From the sequence record OP599913.1: a DNA stretch of 64,000 nt; one strand, 5' to 3'. Position 1 is the first letter of the stretch; each line of letters starts with the position of its first letter. Positions 36,383 to 47,266 of the stretch are shown piece by piece. The notes beneath the pieces were generated by a model. That model searched no databases. It was given only the letters and a program-made list of their open reading frames with translations, and had not been told where the DNA came from. The position numbers were made by a program, and so were the translations under genes.

Positions 36383-39300
36383 ATGGATCCGTTTAAAATC
36401 GTTCAATTTGATATTCGTGGAACGCGCCCGGAGAATAAGATCACCGGGGAGAAAATGCTGATCAAGGATAAGACCTGTCCTTGGTTGATCCCGAATGGGT
36501 CCCCGTTCTTTGCTGAACCTGGCCTGTTCACGTTGTATGACGAACGGGGTGCCGAAATGACCCTCAACCGGGATTACTGGTTGGAGGAAGCCTTTATCCC
36601 GTTCTGTGAGATCAGTGGTCGGAATGTTTGTTGTTTCATTCGGTTAAGTGAGAGTATTCGTCAGAACAACGCTTTCGTTACCGGAGACTACCAAACCATT
36701 GGGGCGTGGTTCGTACCGCGTAATAACCTGGACGAATGGCTGGAAAAAATGCGGGAAGGGAAGATTCCCATTGAGTGGGAGAAGGTCTTCGGTGTTCCAC
36801 CCACCCTACCGCCCGAATACCATTTGCATAAAGCTGATACCGAAATTGGTGATTGGTATGAGCTGACGTTCTTCCTGGATACCATGGCGAACATTTACCG
36901 GAGCCGAGATCCAGAGTTGGAGGATCAATCGGAAGTTGTGATCAATGAGGCGTTTACGAAGCTCAGGAACTTCCGTGACGCCCAGATGCGTCGTCTTGTC
37001 GAACACGACAAGAATTACAACGCCCCTCACCTCCAAACGAAGACCAACCTTAACCTGGGCAATCTGGATAACTTTGCTACAGCCACTCCCGAACAGGATA
37101 AGGCGGGTACGGCTGATAACCTCTTCAGTACCACGCTGGGTGTTAAGGAACTGGTCAGGGGGTATACACCGGATACGTCGGCTTCCATGCGTTCAGGGAT
37201 TATTGCCATTAGTCGATTTGGAGGAACGGATTATATCCCTCCGGGTATTAGTGGTTCGTTTGAAGGGTTAGGGGGTGTTACTCCTGACTGCGCAGCGGTA
37301 TTGGAACTGAATGATAACCTGGTCTTTATTCGGGCTCATTACGACGGACGGACGGAAGGGTTGTATTACACCGTGGTTCGGAATCACTTGAGCCTGAATC
37401 CCGACGTTTCCTTCACCGGGTATAAATACCAACCCCCGTCGTTAACGGCCATTGGCTTCGTACCTAACCGGGTCTTTACAGGGAGTGGTCGGACTATCAT
37501 CATGGTAACCCGGGATGGGACGAACCAGGTGTACGCCGCGCTGACCAATGGTACTTTGGATCCTTCTGCGCATGTGTTTGTCAAATGCAACATTGATTTG
37601 GCTATCCAAGATCTGGGGACGTCAGTTCGCCTAACGGAGTGGAGTCAAATACACACGTTGGGTAATTGGGTCTACTTGTTTGTGACAGCTATAACTGAAG
37701 GTCAATGGGGTGGTTGGGGGCATAGCCGTACACGGGCCTACAGGGCCCCTCTCAGCGCGATTAAGAATGGGCAGCCTCTTACCTTCAGTCGGGTTAAAGT
37801 CTCACTGACGAACGTCCCAGGGGCCTTACAGAGCAATGTTGACTACATTGAGTTCACCCCTGCTCCTCCAGACGGTGAATTCAGTACTTACGGCCCCATT
37901 ACCTTTGCGCCTTATAAGGCCAAGAAAGGGGTTAAGGGATCCCAACGACGTCCCCTGATGTTCTTCTCTGAAACCAGTGACATAGGACCTCAATATTGTT
38001 CCATGCATTACTTCGGGATGATGTTCTTTACTGGGAACATCAACGGGGTGGACCGTGTAACCGGGGTGTACATCGATTGCAGTTACGATTTCAACCCTGA
38101 AACCGCGACCTTCGTAGTGGTTAAACAACCCCCCGTACAGACCGTTGACCTGAGCAAGATCATCAGCAAAAATTCAACGGCCTCTGTGCATTATGCAGGT
38201 ATTAGTGACGTCTTCTTCAACATCTCTGATCACTCCAGTCACCTCCTGTTGGAGAATAAGGTGATTGTTGGGATGTCACGTCTAGGGTTGAGGGTCTCTT
38301 TCCCGGGGTTGTTTAGTCGCTTGCAGTTCAACAAAAACCCGAATGTAACCGCCAGTGGGATGTTGCGGGATTACATGCACGCAGACAATGCGAACTTCTC
38401 GGGGGTGGGAAAATGGGAAACACCCAGTTACCCTATCAAGAACGGGGGGCGAGTCAGTGCAGTGGGGTATGAACTTGCCGGGGAGTATTTCTGGGCAGAC
38501 AGCGCTGTGGACAATAATCGGTCGTTTTTTTACCGGAAGGTCAGCGGTGAATACGCCGTCCGTCCTGGGATTACCAACAGCAACTACCCCACCTTATTGG
38601 CTCGACCGATCAGCGCAGAGGTGTACGAGAACCGGTTAGACCGTAATACTTCCCTGATCAGTGTAACCGGGAGTGCGGCGTTCCTGACCGCTGAAGGGAT
38701 TGAAATGGGGAACAGTTGTTTCTCTGTAATGGGAATGAACCATTTCGACGACCTGACCTCAGGGGTTGAATCCGATACCACATGCCCCCGTGAGTTTACC
38801 TTTAAAGCCCCTAAAGGAAATGGGATCGTGTTATCCTGCCCTAGGACCTTCAGTCGGGTAATGGACGCTGGGGATCAAACCTTTACTCTGAAGGGTGAAA
38901 GCCATTGGGGTGTTAAGCGTAACGTCATGGATAAACTGATCCAGTTGATCCCCGATACCCTCAGGGAGAAATGGGCGGTTGAGTTGATGGTGATCAATCC
39001 CGTCAGTGGTAAAGGGTTCAGTCGGATGAACTACGTGCTGGCGTTGGTTCATACCCGGGACATCGAACTGGGTCGGTATGTGGTCAAGAGTAAACTGTTG
39101 GCGTGCACACCGGTGATTGGTAATCCAGTCTCGGGGGTCTACCCGATTGATGACCTTACGATTCTTGATCAAACCGCATTTATCACTACGGTGAACAACA
39201 GTGGGGCTGGGGATGAGTGGAGTGATACGGAAGCGGATGTTGTGGCGTGTCCTCAAGTGTCGCTTTATGTGGATGAAGCAACGAATACCCTCTCCGGGCG

Positions 39301-39964
39301 TATTTCGTCGTTGTACAACGTCCGAGGCGACGCCTTGGGATTCAACAAAGCAGTCCTGACCTTCAGTCTCAATAAGTCCACCCACAAATTCTCCAGTGTT
39401 ACACCCTTTAACAACGGGGAAGGGATGTCCGCGGCGTGGTGTGTGCAGAACCACGCCATTCCTAACGCCGGGTTAATTACCCAACAGCAAGGCTACGTCT
39501 TTGAAGACACTGGCGGTGCGGGGTATGTAGGGAAGATCGGAACGAACACGTATTTGATTGGTTCCTGTTACCCGGAAGTGGGTTGGACGATTTTCTTCCA
39601 AGAAGAAGTCGAGATGATGATCAACGGTACCGTGTACAAAATGCCCGGTGGGTCTATCGACTTGAGGAATGTGTCCTCGAATCCTCGTAACAAAACGTTC
39701 TACATCTATGCGACGGTTGAAGAGTCGGAAGGACGGTATATTGTCTCCGATGTTAAACTGCGGCGTTCCAGTGAGTTGCTGCATGTCGCAACCGCCGTGA
39801 CGAACACCAACCAGATTGCCAGTATTACCCGGCAGAAAGTCTTTACCATCGGTGAGTTCCTATTAAGTTACACACGGACGGGAGGGATTATTCCGGTGAG
39901 TTCTGGCTTACCGCAGGATGAAGGTACGTTTAGCTTCTTGAAAGCCTCGGAACTTTTACCTTAA
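36383..39964 (+). CDS. Tail/baseplate fibre protein, paralogue
   Basis: 1193 aa; 'LNLGNLDNF', 'SGSFEGLGG', 'NKTFYIYA...TGGIIPVSSG'. Confidence 0.75.
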   Translation: MDPFKIVQFDIRGTRPENKITGEKMLIKDKTCPWLIPNGSPFFAEPGLFTLYDERGAEMTLNRDYWLEEAFIPFCEISGRNVCCFIRLSESIRQNNAFVTGDYQTIGAWFVPRNNLDEWLEKMREGKIPIEWEKVFGVPPTLPPEYHLHKADTEIGDWYELTFFLDTMANIYRSRDPELEDQSEVVINEAFTKLRNFRDAQMRRLVEHDKNYNAPHLQTKTNLNLGNLDNFATATPEQDKAGTADNLFSTTLGVKELVRGYTPDTSASMRSGIIAISRFGGTDYIPPGISGSFEGLGGVTPDCAAVLELNDNLVFIRAHYDGRTEGLYYTVVRNHLSLNPDVSFTGYKYQPPSLTAIGFVPNRVFTGSGRTIIMVTRDGTNQVYAALTNGTLDPSAHVFVKCNIDLAIQDLGTSVRLTEWSQIHTLGNWVYLFVTAITEGQWGGWGHSRTRAYRAPLSAIKNGQPLTFSRVKVSLTNVPGALQSNVDYIEFTPAPPDGEFSTYGPITFAPYKAKKGVKGSQRRPLMFFSETSDIGPQYCSMHYFGMMFFTGNINGVDRVTGVYIDCSYDFNPETATFVVVKQPPVQTVDLSKIISKNSTASVHYAGISDVFFNISDHSSHLLLENKVIVGMSRLGLRVSFPGLFSRLQFNKNPNVTASGMLRDYMHADNANFSGVGKWETPSYPIKNGGRVSAVGYELAGEYFWADSAVDNNRSFFYRKVSGEYAVRPGITNSNYPTLLARPISAEVYENRLDRNTSLISVTGSAAFLTAEGIEMGNSCFSVMGMNHFDDLTSGVESDTTCPREFTFKAPKGNGIVLSCPRTFSRVMDAGDQTFTLKGESHWGVKRNVMDKLIQLIPDTLREKWAVELMVINPVSGKGFSRMNYVLALVHTRDIELGRYVVKSKLLACTPVIGNPVSGVYPIDDLTILDQTAFITTVNNSGAGDEWSDTEADVVACPQVSLYVDEATNTLSGRISSLYNVRGDALGFNKAVLTFSLNKSTHKFSSVTPFNNGEGMSAAWCVQNHAIPNAGLITQQQGYVFEDTGGAGYVGKIGTNTYLIGSCYPEVGWTIFFQEEVEMMINGTVYKMPGGSIDLRNVSSNPRNKTFYIYATVEESEGRYIVSDVKLRRSSELLHVATAVTNTNQIASITRQKVFTIGEFLLSYTRTGGIIPVSSGLPQDEGTFSFLKASELLP

Positions 39965-40013
39965 GGTAAAGGGGGAGGTTAACTCCCCCTGATCTTTTAA
40001 ATGGAGTAGCTTT

Positions 40014-42884
40014 ATGATTATCCTTGGCGGGGAACCCCCTTTCATCGAAAACCCTGAACCCAGGTTCGGTGGAGTGATCTCCAAGCTCAATGAGATGACC
40101 TACAAACTGGAAGCGTGTGTTCACAGCTACAATGAGGGGACTAAAGAAAAGATCCGGTTGTTCAACGCAAACCTGAATGATTTCATTAACCAAGCCATTG
40201 TCCCCATTGACGCCCACATCAATTCCCGGGGGGCGGTCCACGGTGAAACCAAACGGACGATTGGGTTGGGTCTTAAGGACAACTACCGGACGGCTACCCT
40301 GGCGGAACAACAGTCGCTAACGCCTGTGTTGGCGTATGTGACCCCTCACGGTGCTCGCGCTGCGGTTGTAGCCAACAACGTCGGTTATAACGGCGCGGAT
40401 TATCAACCCAATGACGTGTTTCAATTCTCGTCGTTCTACAACCCGGATGAATACCCGGTAGTTCCTCCAACGGTGGTTCAACCCATTCGTTATTTTGGGT
40501 ACTCCTTGAATGTCGGGATGATGATCAACAACGACCGTCTGGTGTTGTCTCCGGTTACCGATCCGTCTCGTTACCAACGGTACACCGCCTTCTTGTCTGG
40601 TTCTCTGGCGAACGCAGGGGGAACACAGTTCTCGGAGATTCAGAACCTCAACGCGTATTACACCGGACGGAATTGGAATGCGGTAGGAGGGTTTACCAGT
40701 TCGGGCAAAGTGGCCTTCTTTAAACCCCTGGCTGAGAAGAAGATCTACGAGTTCAAGAACACCCTCCCATTAACCCCCAGTAGTGCTAACTTCCTGCTGT
40801 ATCAAGGGTATAGCACGGCGGTCTATAAAGGACTGGGGGTTAGTTGGGACCGAGTCGGTACGGTTCTGACCCTAAAGCACTATTTCTTCAACGTGAACTT
40901 CCTGGAAACCGATCCCACGTTGGTGGAGCAGGTGACTGCGTCGTACACCGCCCGGTTTACTCAGATCAATAAAACACCGTATACCGGACCGGCTAACGGG
41001 AGTCATTCGTACGACATTAATGACTTTGTGACCCTGAGTGCAGGTCAGACCCTGGAGATGAATGGAGGACTGCAACCCACCACAGCTCTCTTCTGGAACA
41101 TTCAAGACCGGGAAATCTACCTCTTTGTCGTTATTCCGGTGAATGTGGTCCAAGGGGGTATTCGTCGGCCGTATAACCTCTCCTTCGTGGAATCCATTGT
41201 CCCGGGTACCTTGGAAAATGGAGGGACAGCAACCTTCACCCAACTGGGTAATTTGGTCAAGGACATTATTCAACCGAATATGCTACCCACCGCCGATGCT
41301 AAATGGCTGCGGTACGCGAACACCTGGGATTTCAATAATCCGACCTGGTATCCCGGGGTCGTTCTGAAATCAGGGGAAGTGGTTAAAGCAGTCGCTACGA
41401 AGAATGGTCTACGGGTTAAACGATTTACCACACCCCATAAAGGCTTGAGGGAATGGGTGTTGGGAGAACGGGCTGAAGTGGGGATGGATGAAGTTCGTAC
41501 AGAGTTTTATCCTCCGTCACGCCATAGTCCTTTTGGGCCGGTTCCTGATCGCTTATTCCCCATTGAACACACCGCTGGTACCACGCGGTATCTGGCTTAT
41601 TCCGTTGACAGTGAAACTGGGTTGTATGAGTGGAGTGAGTTGACCTGGTCGAATACTTCCATTGTGGGTGTAACCACGGGGAATAAGTTCGGTATTGTTC
41701 CAGCGGATGTTGGGATTATTAATAGGGAGTTGACCCGTATCCCTAGGGCTATGGCGTCGTTTGCTAGCCTGATGGTGGATGGAGTCAGTATCAACGCCCT
41801 GTGTTTCACACCGGATAACCAGTATACCGGGTATGCGTCAATCGCCCTGGCGAATGGACGAGTCCAGTTGGGCGCTGAGGTCAAACTCTCCCCAACCAGC
41901 TTGATTACACTGCAAGCCGCCAGTGGGGGTATTCTGGCTCGTGCAGCCATCGCGAACCCTCAAGTCAACAACGCCCTCAGGGAAAGTGTGATCAACGTCT
42001 TTGCTGTCGCGGATAACTTCGCGTTGGTCGTGATTACCGATGGGATGTGTTACGCAGAGGCTGCTGTGGTTCCGTATACGGTGAGTGGTGGGGTCTTTAG
42101 GCTGAACTTCCCCTCTGCCACGGGCTTCGTTACTAAACCGGTTACCCCAGCCGGTATGGTTGTACCGGGCACGTACCGCTATTCCCATTCCGGTGATAAC
42201 CCGTGGATGACCTACGTGGATATCCAGGTGATTGAAACCCAACGGTATGAATGGGCGGTTGTGGTCAGTCGACCCTTTGGGGACCTCTACGGGGATATCA
42301 GTTTCAAAATCACGGATTATCCGTTTACACCCACCTACACCGTAGGACGGGTCAATCCAGCGAAACTGTATACGGCGTCATCGCCCTTTGATACGGTGAA
42401 CGAAGTTCACCCACCTGTCTTGATCCCTCGGAAGGGAATCTACCAGTACGACCCTGCTAACACCGGCTACTCCACGAATCTGTTGGAAGTCGGCGGAGCG
42501 GGTGTGGTGGATCCATACGACGTAAATGAAAGCGGATGGGTGAGCATCCCTGCTCGATCCAGGGTGGTTATAAGGGGTCGTGCGTATATTCTGGATAAGG
42601 AATACCCCATTAAAGTCAATCCTACCGGAACGACGTACTGTTATTTGGTACGTCAAGGGGATGCGTTAGTAGGGTTGGGGTCTCCGGTACGCCGAGAGGT
42701 CAATAACTCGGAAGTCCTCTTTGGGATTGCAACGAACGGGATTCTTACCATCGACCATTCGTACATCGTGATGGGTGGTCATGTGGTGAGTTCTACCCGT
42801 CGGGGTACGGCTATTCCCACCTTTGTGGATGACGGGAACTTGGGGGCGAACACCTTCTTTACCCGACGTGACATCATTGATTAA
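40014..42884 (+). CDS. Tail/baseplate fibre protein, divergent paralogue
   Basis: 956 aa; 'IGLGLKDNY', C-terminal 'RRGTAIP'. Confidence 0.7.
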   Translation: MIILGGEPPFIENPEPRFGGVISKLNEMTYKLEACVHSYNEGTKEKIRLFNANLNDFINQAIVPIDAHINSRGAVHGETKRTIGLGLKDNYRTATLAEQQSLTPVLAYVTPHGARAAVVANNVGYNGADYQPNDVFQFSSFYNPDEYPVVPPTVVQPIRYFGYSLNVGMMINNDRLVLSPVTDPSRYQRYTAFLSGSLANAGGTQFSEIQNLNAYYTGRNWNAVGGFTSSGKVAFFKPLAEKKIYEFKNTLPLTPSSANFLLYQGYSTAVYKGLGVSWDRVGTVLTLKHYFFNVNFLETDPTLVEQVTASYTARFTQINKTPYTGPANGSHSYDINDFVTLSAGQTLEMNGGLQPTTALFWNIQDREIYLFVVIPVNVVQGGIRRPYNLSFVESIVPGTLENGGTATFTQLGNLVKDIIQPNMLPTADAKWLRYANTWDFNNPTWYPGVVLKSGEVVKAVATKNGLRVKRFTTPHKGLREWVLGERAEVGMDEVRTEFYPPSRHSPFGPVPDRLFPIEHTAGTTRYLAYSVDSETGLYEWSELTWSNTSIVGVTTGNKFGIVPADVGIINRELTRIPRAMASFASLMVDGVSINALCFTPDNQYTGYASIALANGRVQLGAEVKLSPTSLITLQAASGGILARAAIANPQVNNALRESVINVFAVADNFALVVITDGMCYAEAAVVPYTVSGGVFRLNFPSATGFVTKPVTPAGMVVPGTYRYSHSGDNPWMTYVDIQVIETQRYEWAVVVSRPFGDLYGDISFKITDYPFTPTYTVGRVNPAKLYTASSPFDTVNEVHPPVLIPRKGIYQYDPANTGYSTNLLEVGGAGVVDPYDVNESGWVSIPARSRVVIRGRAYILDKEYPIKVNPTGTTYCYLVRQGDALVGLGSPVRREVNNSEVLFGIATNGILTIDHSYIVMGGHVVSSTRRGTAIPTFVDDGNLGANTFFTRRDIID

Positions 42885-42895
42885 CCCTTAATGAA

Positions 42896-42928
42896 TCCCC
42901 CTACCTCCCCGTTAAGGGAGGTAGGGGA
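42896..42928. terminator. Bidirectional terminator
   Basis: CCCCTACCTCCC / GGGAGGTAGGGG. Confidence 0.7.
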
Positions 42929-42939
42929 GGTCCAGTGGA

Positions 42940-43947
42940 TTAAGCCACGGGTGGCGAGGTGGTTCCATTGCCCGGGTCTACACCTCCGTGAATATGGAGG
43001 TTCAGAGACACTCTCACGGTTCTCACATCGGTTTGTCCAATAACGAGACCTGTACTCACACTGTTACCGGTACGGGTGGTATTCCCGTTTTGGGTATAAT
43101 TACCCTCTTGAGTATAGTTCCCTTCTTGTTCAGTATTGCCCGTATGGGTAATGTTCCCTTCCCAGTTTGTCTGACCAATGGCAATATTCGCCAAATTGGC
43201 TTTCATGTTAATGGTGTCAGACTGAAGGTTAAAAGTCTTCGTTAAGACATTGATTTCCTTCTCCGCATGAAAGCTAATACTGTCTTTGGTGTAAAAAGCC
43301 ATCTTCTCCTTATTGACAGCAATAGTGGACCCTTCCTTGTTGGTATAGGTGAACTGATGTTTGTAATCATCGAAACTGAAGATACTTCCATCGGTTCCTC
43401 GAATATCGATACGGCCTTCTTTGGCATTGACTTGGATATCAAAGCCTGACCGTTCCCCATTGGACTGGGAGGTCCGCAATCCCACTAACCCGTCGTGGGT
43501 ACTGACCCTGGCTGTGTAGAAGTTATCCGGATTAAAGGGCACGTCCTGAGCCAATCCAGGGTTAGCTCCCCAGCCCCACAAAACCGTCTCTAAGCGGAAA
43601 CGATCCGTGTTGTCTCCAAAGATGTCCCAGTAATACTGGTTCTGACCTGTGATTTGAAACACCCACACCTTAGCCCCTTCCCGGACATCCGGTGAGGTAA
43701 GTCGGTTCCCATTTCCAATAGATCGCCAGACCGCTGGTACGGTGTTCGACACCAGGGTTTTACTGGTAATCATTTCCCCTTCTTTATTCTGGCTGGTTTC
43801 TTCCTTCTGTTCTGTCTTAGCCAGGGTTCTCCCATCGGCGGTAGGGGAATGCAACGGAAGATGGATCATTGCTTCGTGGGTATTGGTGTCCTTCGTGGCG
43901 GCAACCGTCCCTACACCCAACCATTTAACCACGTTCACTAAACTCAT
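42940..43947 (-). CDS. Baseplate central spike (T4 gp5/P2 gpV-like; phiKZ gp164-like)
   Basis: OB-fold-like N-terminus, beta-strand repeats 'GNxTQx', apex metal motif 'LHIHGGV'. Confidence 0.8.
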   Translation of the reverse strand: MSLVNVVKWLGVGTVAATKDTNTHEAMIHLPLHSPTADGRTLAKTEQKEETSQNKEGEMITSKTLVSNTVPAVWRSIGNGNRLTSPDVREGAKVWVFQITGQNQYYWDIFGDNTDRFRLETVLWGWGANPGLAQDVPFNPDNFYTARVSTHDGLVGLRTSQSNGERSGFDIQVNAKEGRIDIRGTDGSIFSFDDYKHQFTYTNKEGSTIAVNKEKMAFYTKDSISFHAEKEINVLTKTFNLQSDTINMKANLANIAIGQTNWEGNITHTGNTEQEGNYTQEGNYTQNGNTTRTGNSVSTGLVIGQTDVRTVRVSLNLHIHGGVDPGNGTTSPPVA

Positions 43948-43997
43948 ACTCGCGTCCTCATTATCTAGAGACTCACTTCACTTAAAGAATTCATACC

Positions 43998-46466
43998 ATG
44001 TTTATATTAACTAAATTGATCCTAGAGAATTACATTCCTCTGTTAAGCAGCGGAATCAAACGGGTAGAATTGGATCTGAATCATTTGGTTAACCTGTTGA
44101 TCGCTCAGAACGGTGTCGGGAAAACCAGTATCCTCCGAGAAGCCAATCCCCTGGCTCCTGAAAATGCCAACTACCGCGGTATTGGACGTAAGTACGTGGA
44201 GATTAAACGGGGATTGGACCATTTCGTTTTGGATTCTAAAACAGACTTAGGCAATGGTCACAGTTTCAAGTTTAACGGGAAAGAGTTAAACAAGAATGGA
44301 ACCTTTACGGAACAGAAGGACTTGGTATGGATCCATTTCCGGTTAGACAGTACTATCAGCCGTATTCTGTCCGGACTTAAACCCAACAGTCTGTTTTCAG
44401 CGATGCCAGTGGCTCAACGTAAAGACTTCTTTATGTTCATCTACCCGAATGACACGAGTTACGCCTTAGGGGTCTTTAACAAGCTTAAGACAGAACGTCG
44501 TGAACTGGCGGCTGCCATTAAGAACCAAGTCATGCGGTATACAGAAGAGAGTGCTAAACTCAAGCAGATCACCGAATGTGGTCCGGAAGAGCTGGAACGT
44601 CGAGTTAAGACGATTGAGACTGAACTGAGGGAGTCCCTGTTGGTACGAGGGGGGTTGGAGCAGGTGAAAGTAGACCCTGAGCTCCAAAGTAAGATTGATA
44701 CCTTCAAACGTCTGGCTGAGCAGATGACATTGAACCGAGTCAGTGGGTTCTTTGAGACCGAGGCTGAACTCAGACAGGGAATCGAAACAGTTCAAGCTAT
44801 CTTGAGTGTTCACGAAGGCCAAGCCACTGCCATTCAAATGGTTATCAGTGAGCACGTAGGGGTTTTGGAAGGAATGGAGGAGATCAAAGAAGATCCCTTT
44901 GTCTTCCATCATCAAGCGGAACAACTCAAGGTGGAACTCACTGCTCTCCGGGAAGAATACAAACAACATGGGGTGCTATTGGGTAATTACCCTTTGTTCA
45001 ACGATGACACCTATGACTTTACCGGTTTGGAATTGGTGTACGAGGCCTTGGTGGCTCAATTGCGTCGGGTGGTGAATGCCAGTACTCCTGAGTTAACCGG
45101 AGGGCGGTATAAAGAGTATACCGTCAAACTGGAGCAAACCCGTAATCAACTGAGGGCCTCTAAGAATGAGCTGGACACTCTCACCCACCAGTTGAAACAT
45201 TATGATGCCATGGAACTGGTGACTTGTCCGGAATGTACCCATGAATTCAAGGTCGGGATTACCGCGAATGAACTGCGCGCAGCACGGGTTAAAGCGGAAG
45301 CCCTTAAGTTGAGTGTGACTAAACTGGAGCGGGATGTTGAAACCCTGGAAAGATTAGTCGAACAGGACAGTGAGTGGTACCACAGCATGTTAGCCCTACA
45401 TCAGTTCTGCCGGATGAATGGTGATGTTAAGTGCCTTCCTGAACTGATTAAAGCATACGACATGGGTAAGTCGGATACCAACATCCTTTTAAACGCCCTC
45501 AGGGCCTTCATGGGGCGTTTTAACTGTAAGAGACGTATCGACGCCCTACTGGAAGAAGAAAAGCTCTTAAACACGCGTATAGGGCTTTTACAGAAGGATT
45601 CGGTATTAGACATCGCCACCTACTTAAAGAGTCTGGAACACGACCTGGAAGTGGAGAACAGTCGTATTGGTTTCTACCGCCGGCGTATTGAACAGCTTAC
45701 AAGGAACCTAAAGACCATCCACACCTACACCCGAGACCTGGAGACCCTCCGCTGTCTTAAAGACGAGATCTTCAAAGGGTTGGAACAGCAAGGGTTGGTG
45801 GAACTGCGTAAACGGGTTGATGAACGGATTCATTTGCTAACGGATGAGAAGGATGAATACCTCGCCTCCATTATCAAAAGCCGTTCGTTGAGTGCGGTTG
45901 TCGCGTCTATTTCGGAAGACATTGATCGTTTAAAACGCCGTCTGAAGATTGTGGATGGGTTAATGAACGGTCTGTGTCCGAATAAGGGGTTGATCGGTAA
46001 GCTGATGACGGATTTCATCAAGACCTATTGTGCCAATATGAATGCGGTGATTCAATCAGTGTGGAACACCACCCTGTTTGTTAAACCCTGCCATAAGGAC
46101 AACGGGGATCTGAACTGGAAGTTCCCGGTGGTTACCGGTGATGATGAGCCCACGCCAGATGTCAGTGATTGCAGTTTGGGTGAAGCAGGTATCATTGACT
46201 TTGCGTTCCGTTATGTCGCCATTCGCTACCACGGCAACTTCCCCCTGATGCTGGATGAGGTGGGTACCACCTTCGATGAAATCAAACGCGGTCGTTTCTT
46301 CAATTTCATTCACGAGTTAACCACCCAGAAGGACGCTAAACAACTCTTCATGATTAGCCATTACATTACTCAATACGGAATGTTCACCAACCCGAATGTA
46401 ATTGCGATGTGTTATGAAGGGTTGAGTTTACCGGGTGAAGTCAATCAACACAGTGTTATCAATTAA
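43998..46466 (+). CDS. sbcC: SbcC/Rad50-like SMC ATPase (phiKZ gp165-like)
   Basis: Walker A 'AQNGVGKTS', zinc hook 'CPEC' mid coiled coil, signature 'SLGE', Walker B 'LMLDE', 'ISH'. Confidence 0.9.
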   Translation: MFILTKLILENYIPLLSSGIKRVELDLNHLVNLLIAQNGVGKTSILREANPLAPENANYRGIGRKYVEIKRGLDHFVLDSKTDLGNGHSFKFNGKELNKNGTFTEQKDLVWIHFRLDSTISRILSGLKPNSLFSAMPVAQRKDFFMFIYPNDTSYALGVFNKLKTERRELAAAIKNQVMRYTEESAKLKQITECGPEELERRVKTIETELRESLLVRGGLEQVKVDPELQSKIDTFKRLAEQMTLNRVSGFFETEAELRQGIETVQAILSVHEGQATAIQMVISEHVGVLEGMEEIKEDPFVFHHQAEQLKVELTALREEYKQHGVLLGNYPLFNDDTYDFTGLELVYEALVAQLRRVVNASTPELTGGRYKEYTVKLEQTRNQLRASKNELDTLTHQLKHYDAMELVTCPECTHEFKVGITANELRAARVKAEALKLSVTKLERDVETLERLVEQDSEWYHSMLALHQFCRMNGDVKCLPELIKAYDMGKSDTNILLNALRAFMGRFNCKRRIDALLEEEKLLNTRIGLLQKDSVLDIATYLKSLEHDLEVENSRIGFYRRRIEQLTRNLKTIHTYTRDLETLRCLKDEIFKGLEQQGLVELRKRVDERIHLLTDEKDEYLASIIKSRSLSAVVASISEDIDRLKRRLKIVDGLMNGLCPNKGLIGKLMTDFIKTYCANMNAVIQSVWNTTLFVKPCHKDNGDLNWKFPVVTGDDEPTPDVSDCSLGEAGIIDFAFRYVAIRYHGNFPLMLDEVGTTFDEIKRGRFFNFIHELTTQKDAKQLFMISHYITQYGMFTNPNVIAMCYEGLSLPGEVNQHSVIN

Positions 46467-46484
46467 TTTTAAACCTACATTATT
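46467..46484 (+). promoter_or_regulatory. Early-type promoter motif TTTTAAACCTACATTATT
   Basis: 17/18 identical to the 4983 copy. Confidence 0.75.
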
Positions 46485-46505
46485 CATTTGCAAGGAATAC
46501 CTCTA

Positions 46506-46799
46506 ATGAACGTTCAACTCCCACGATCGGTTACCCTGGATGCCTATCTTCAACCGGACGGTACACTTATGCTGGGGCCGGGTCAGGCTAAAGTAACCAT
46601 TAACTACCATTCGGATCCTCAAGAATCCATTAATGCGTGTATTGTCTTTGGAGGGGCGATGCAAGCGATTGTGACTTTTGATGAAACCGGTCAGACCCCT
46701 GTGAGTTATACGCTGTTGAATCCGGGGGGCGATTACACCGTTGAGCAGTCGGTTCTTAACATTCTGTCCTATTTCGGAGTCAGTGCTCCGATGAGCTAG
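46506..46799 (+). CDS. Hypothetical protein
   Basis: ATG 46506 with AAGGA RBS, 97 aa. Confidence 0.65.
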   Translation: MNVQLPRSVTLDAYLQPDGTLMLGPGQAKVTINYHSDPQESINACIVFGGAMQAIVTFDETGQTPVSYTLLNPGGDYTVEQSVLNILSYFGVSAPMS

Positions 46800-46811
46800 G
46801 AGTCATGAGTC

Positions 46812-47252
46812 ATGAACAAAGCTGAAGTGATAGAACGGTATCGTGAACTGGTCGAAGACCTCGCCCTCCCGCCGCATCAGGTGATCCTGTCGGCGGGTGC
46901 CGCCTTGGTGGTAATGGGCATACGAGAGGAAACAAGCGACCTCGATGTGGATGTCCCTACCAGTGTGTTCAACTGGGCGAGTAATAAGTTCGGGGTTATC
47001 GAGAACGAAACCGTGAATAAAAGGGTTCAATACACCCCCCTGGTCGATCTCCATGAATACGACGAGAACACAGGGGTGGTTTGTATTGAGGGGGTGTGGT
47101 TGTACAGCCCTACGGAGTTACTGAAACAGAAACACTGGTTAACGAAACTGGCTGATCGAACGGACGTTAAGACCCAACAGGATCACCGTGATATCCGCCA
47201 ACTGGAAACGCTCACTCAGTCTCAACCATTCACTGCACGCGCATTGTTGTAA
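46812..47252 (+). CDS. Minimal nucleotidyltransferase-fold protein (Pol beta superfamily, AbiEii/DUF6036-like)
   Basis: 'ILSAGAALVVMGIREETSDLDVDV' (G-x-A...DxD) and C-terminal 'QDHRDI'. Confidence 0.7.
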   Translation: MNKAEVIERYRELVEDLALPPHQVILSAGAALVVMGIREETSDLDVDVPTSVFNWASNKFGVIENETVNKRVQYTPLVDLHEYDENTGVVCIEGVWLYSPTELLKQKHWLTKLADRTDVKTQQDHRDIRQLETLTQSQPFTARALL

Positions 47253-47266
47253 GGTTAGGTTACGGT

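Noticed and set aside
32773-42884. Diversity-generating retroelement acting on fibre C-termini
   Set aside because: Similarity between fibre ends is protein-level only; no near-identical TR/VR pair with A-specific mismatches and no reverse transcriptase in the window
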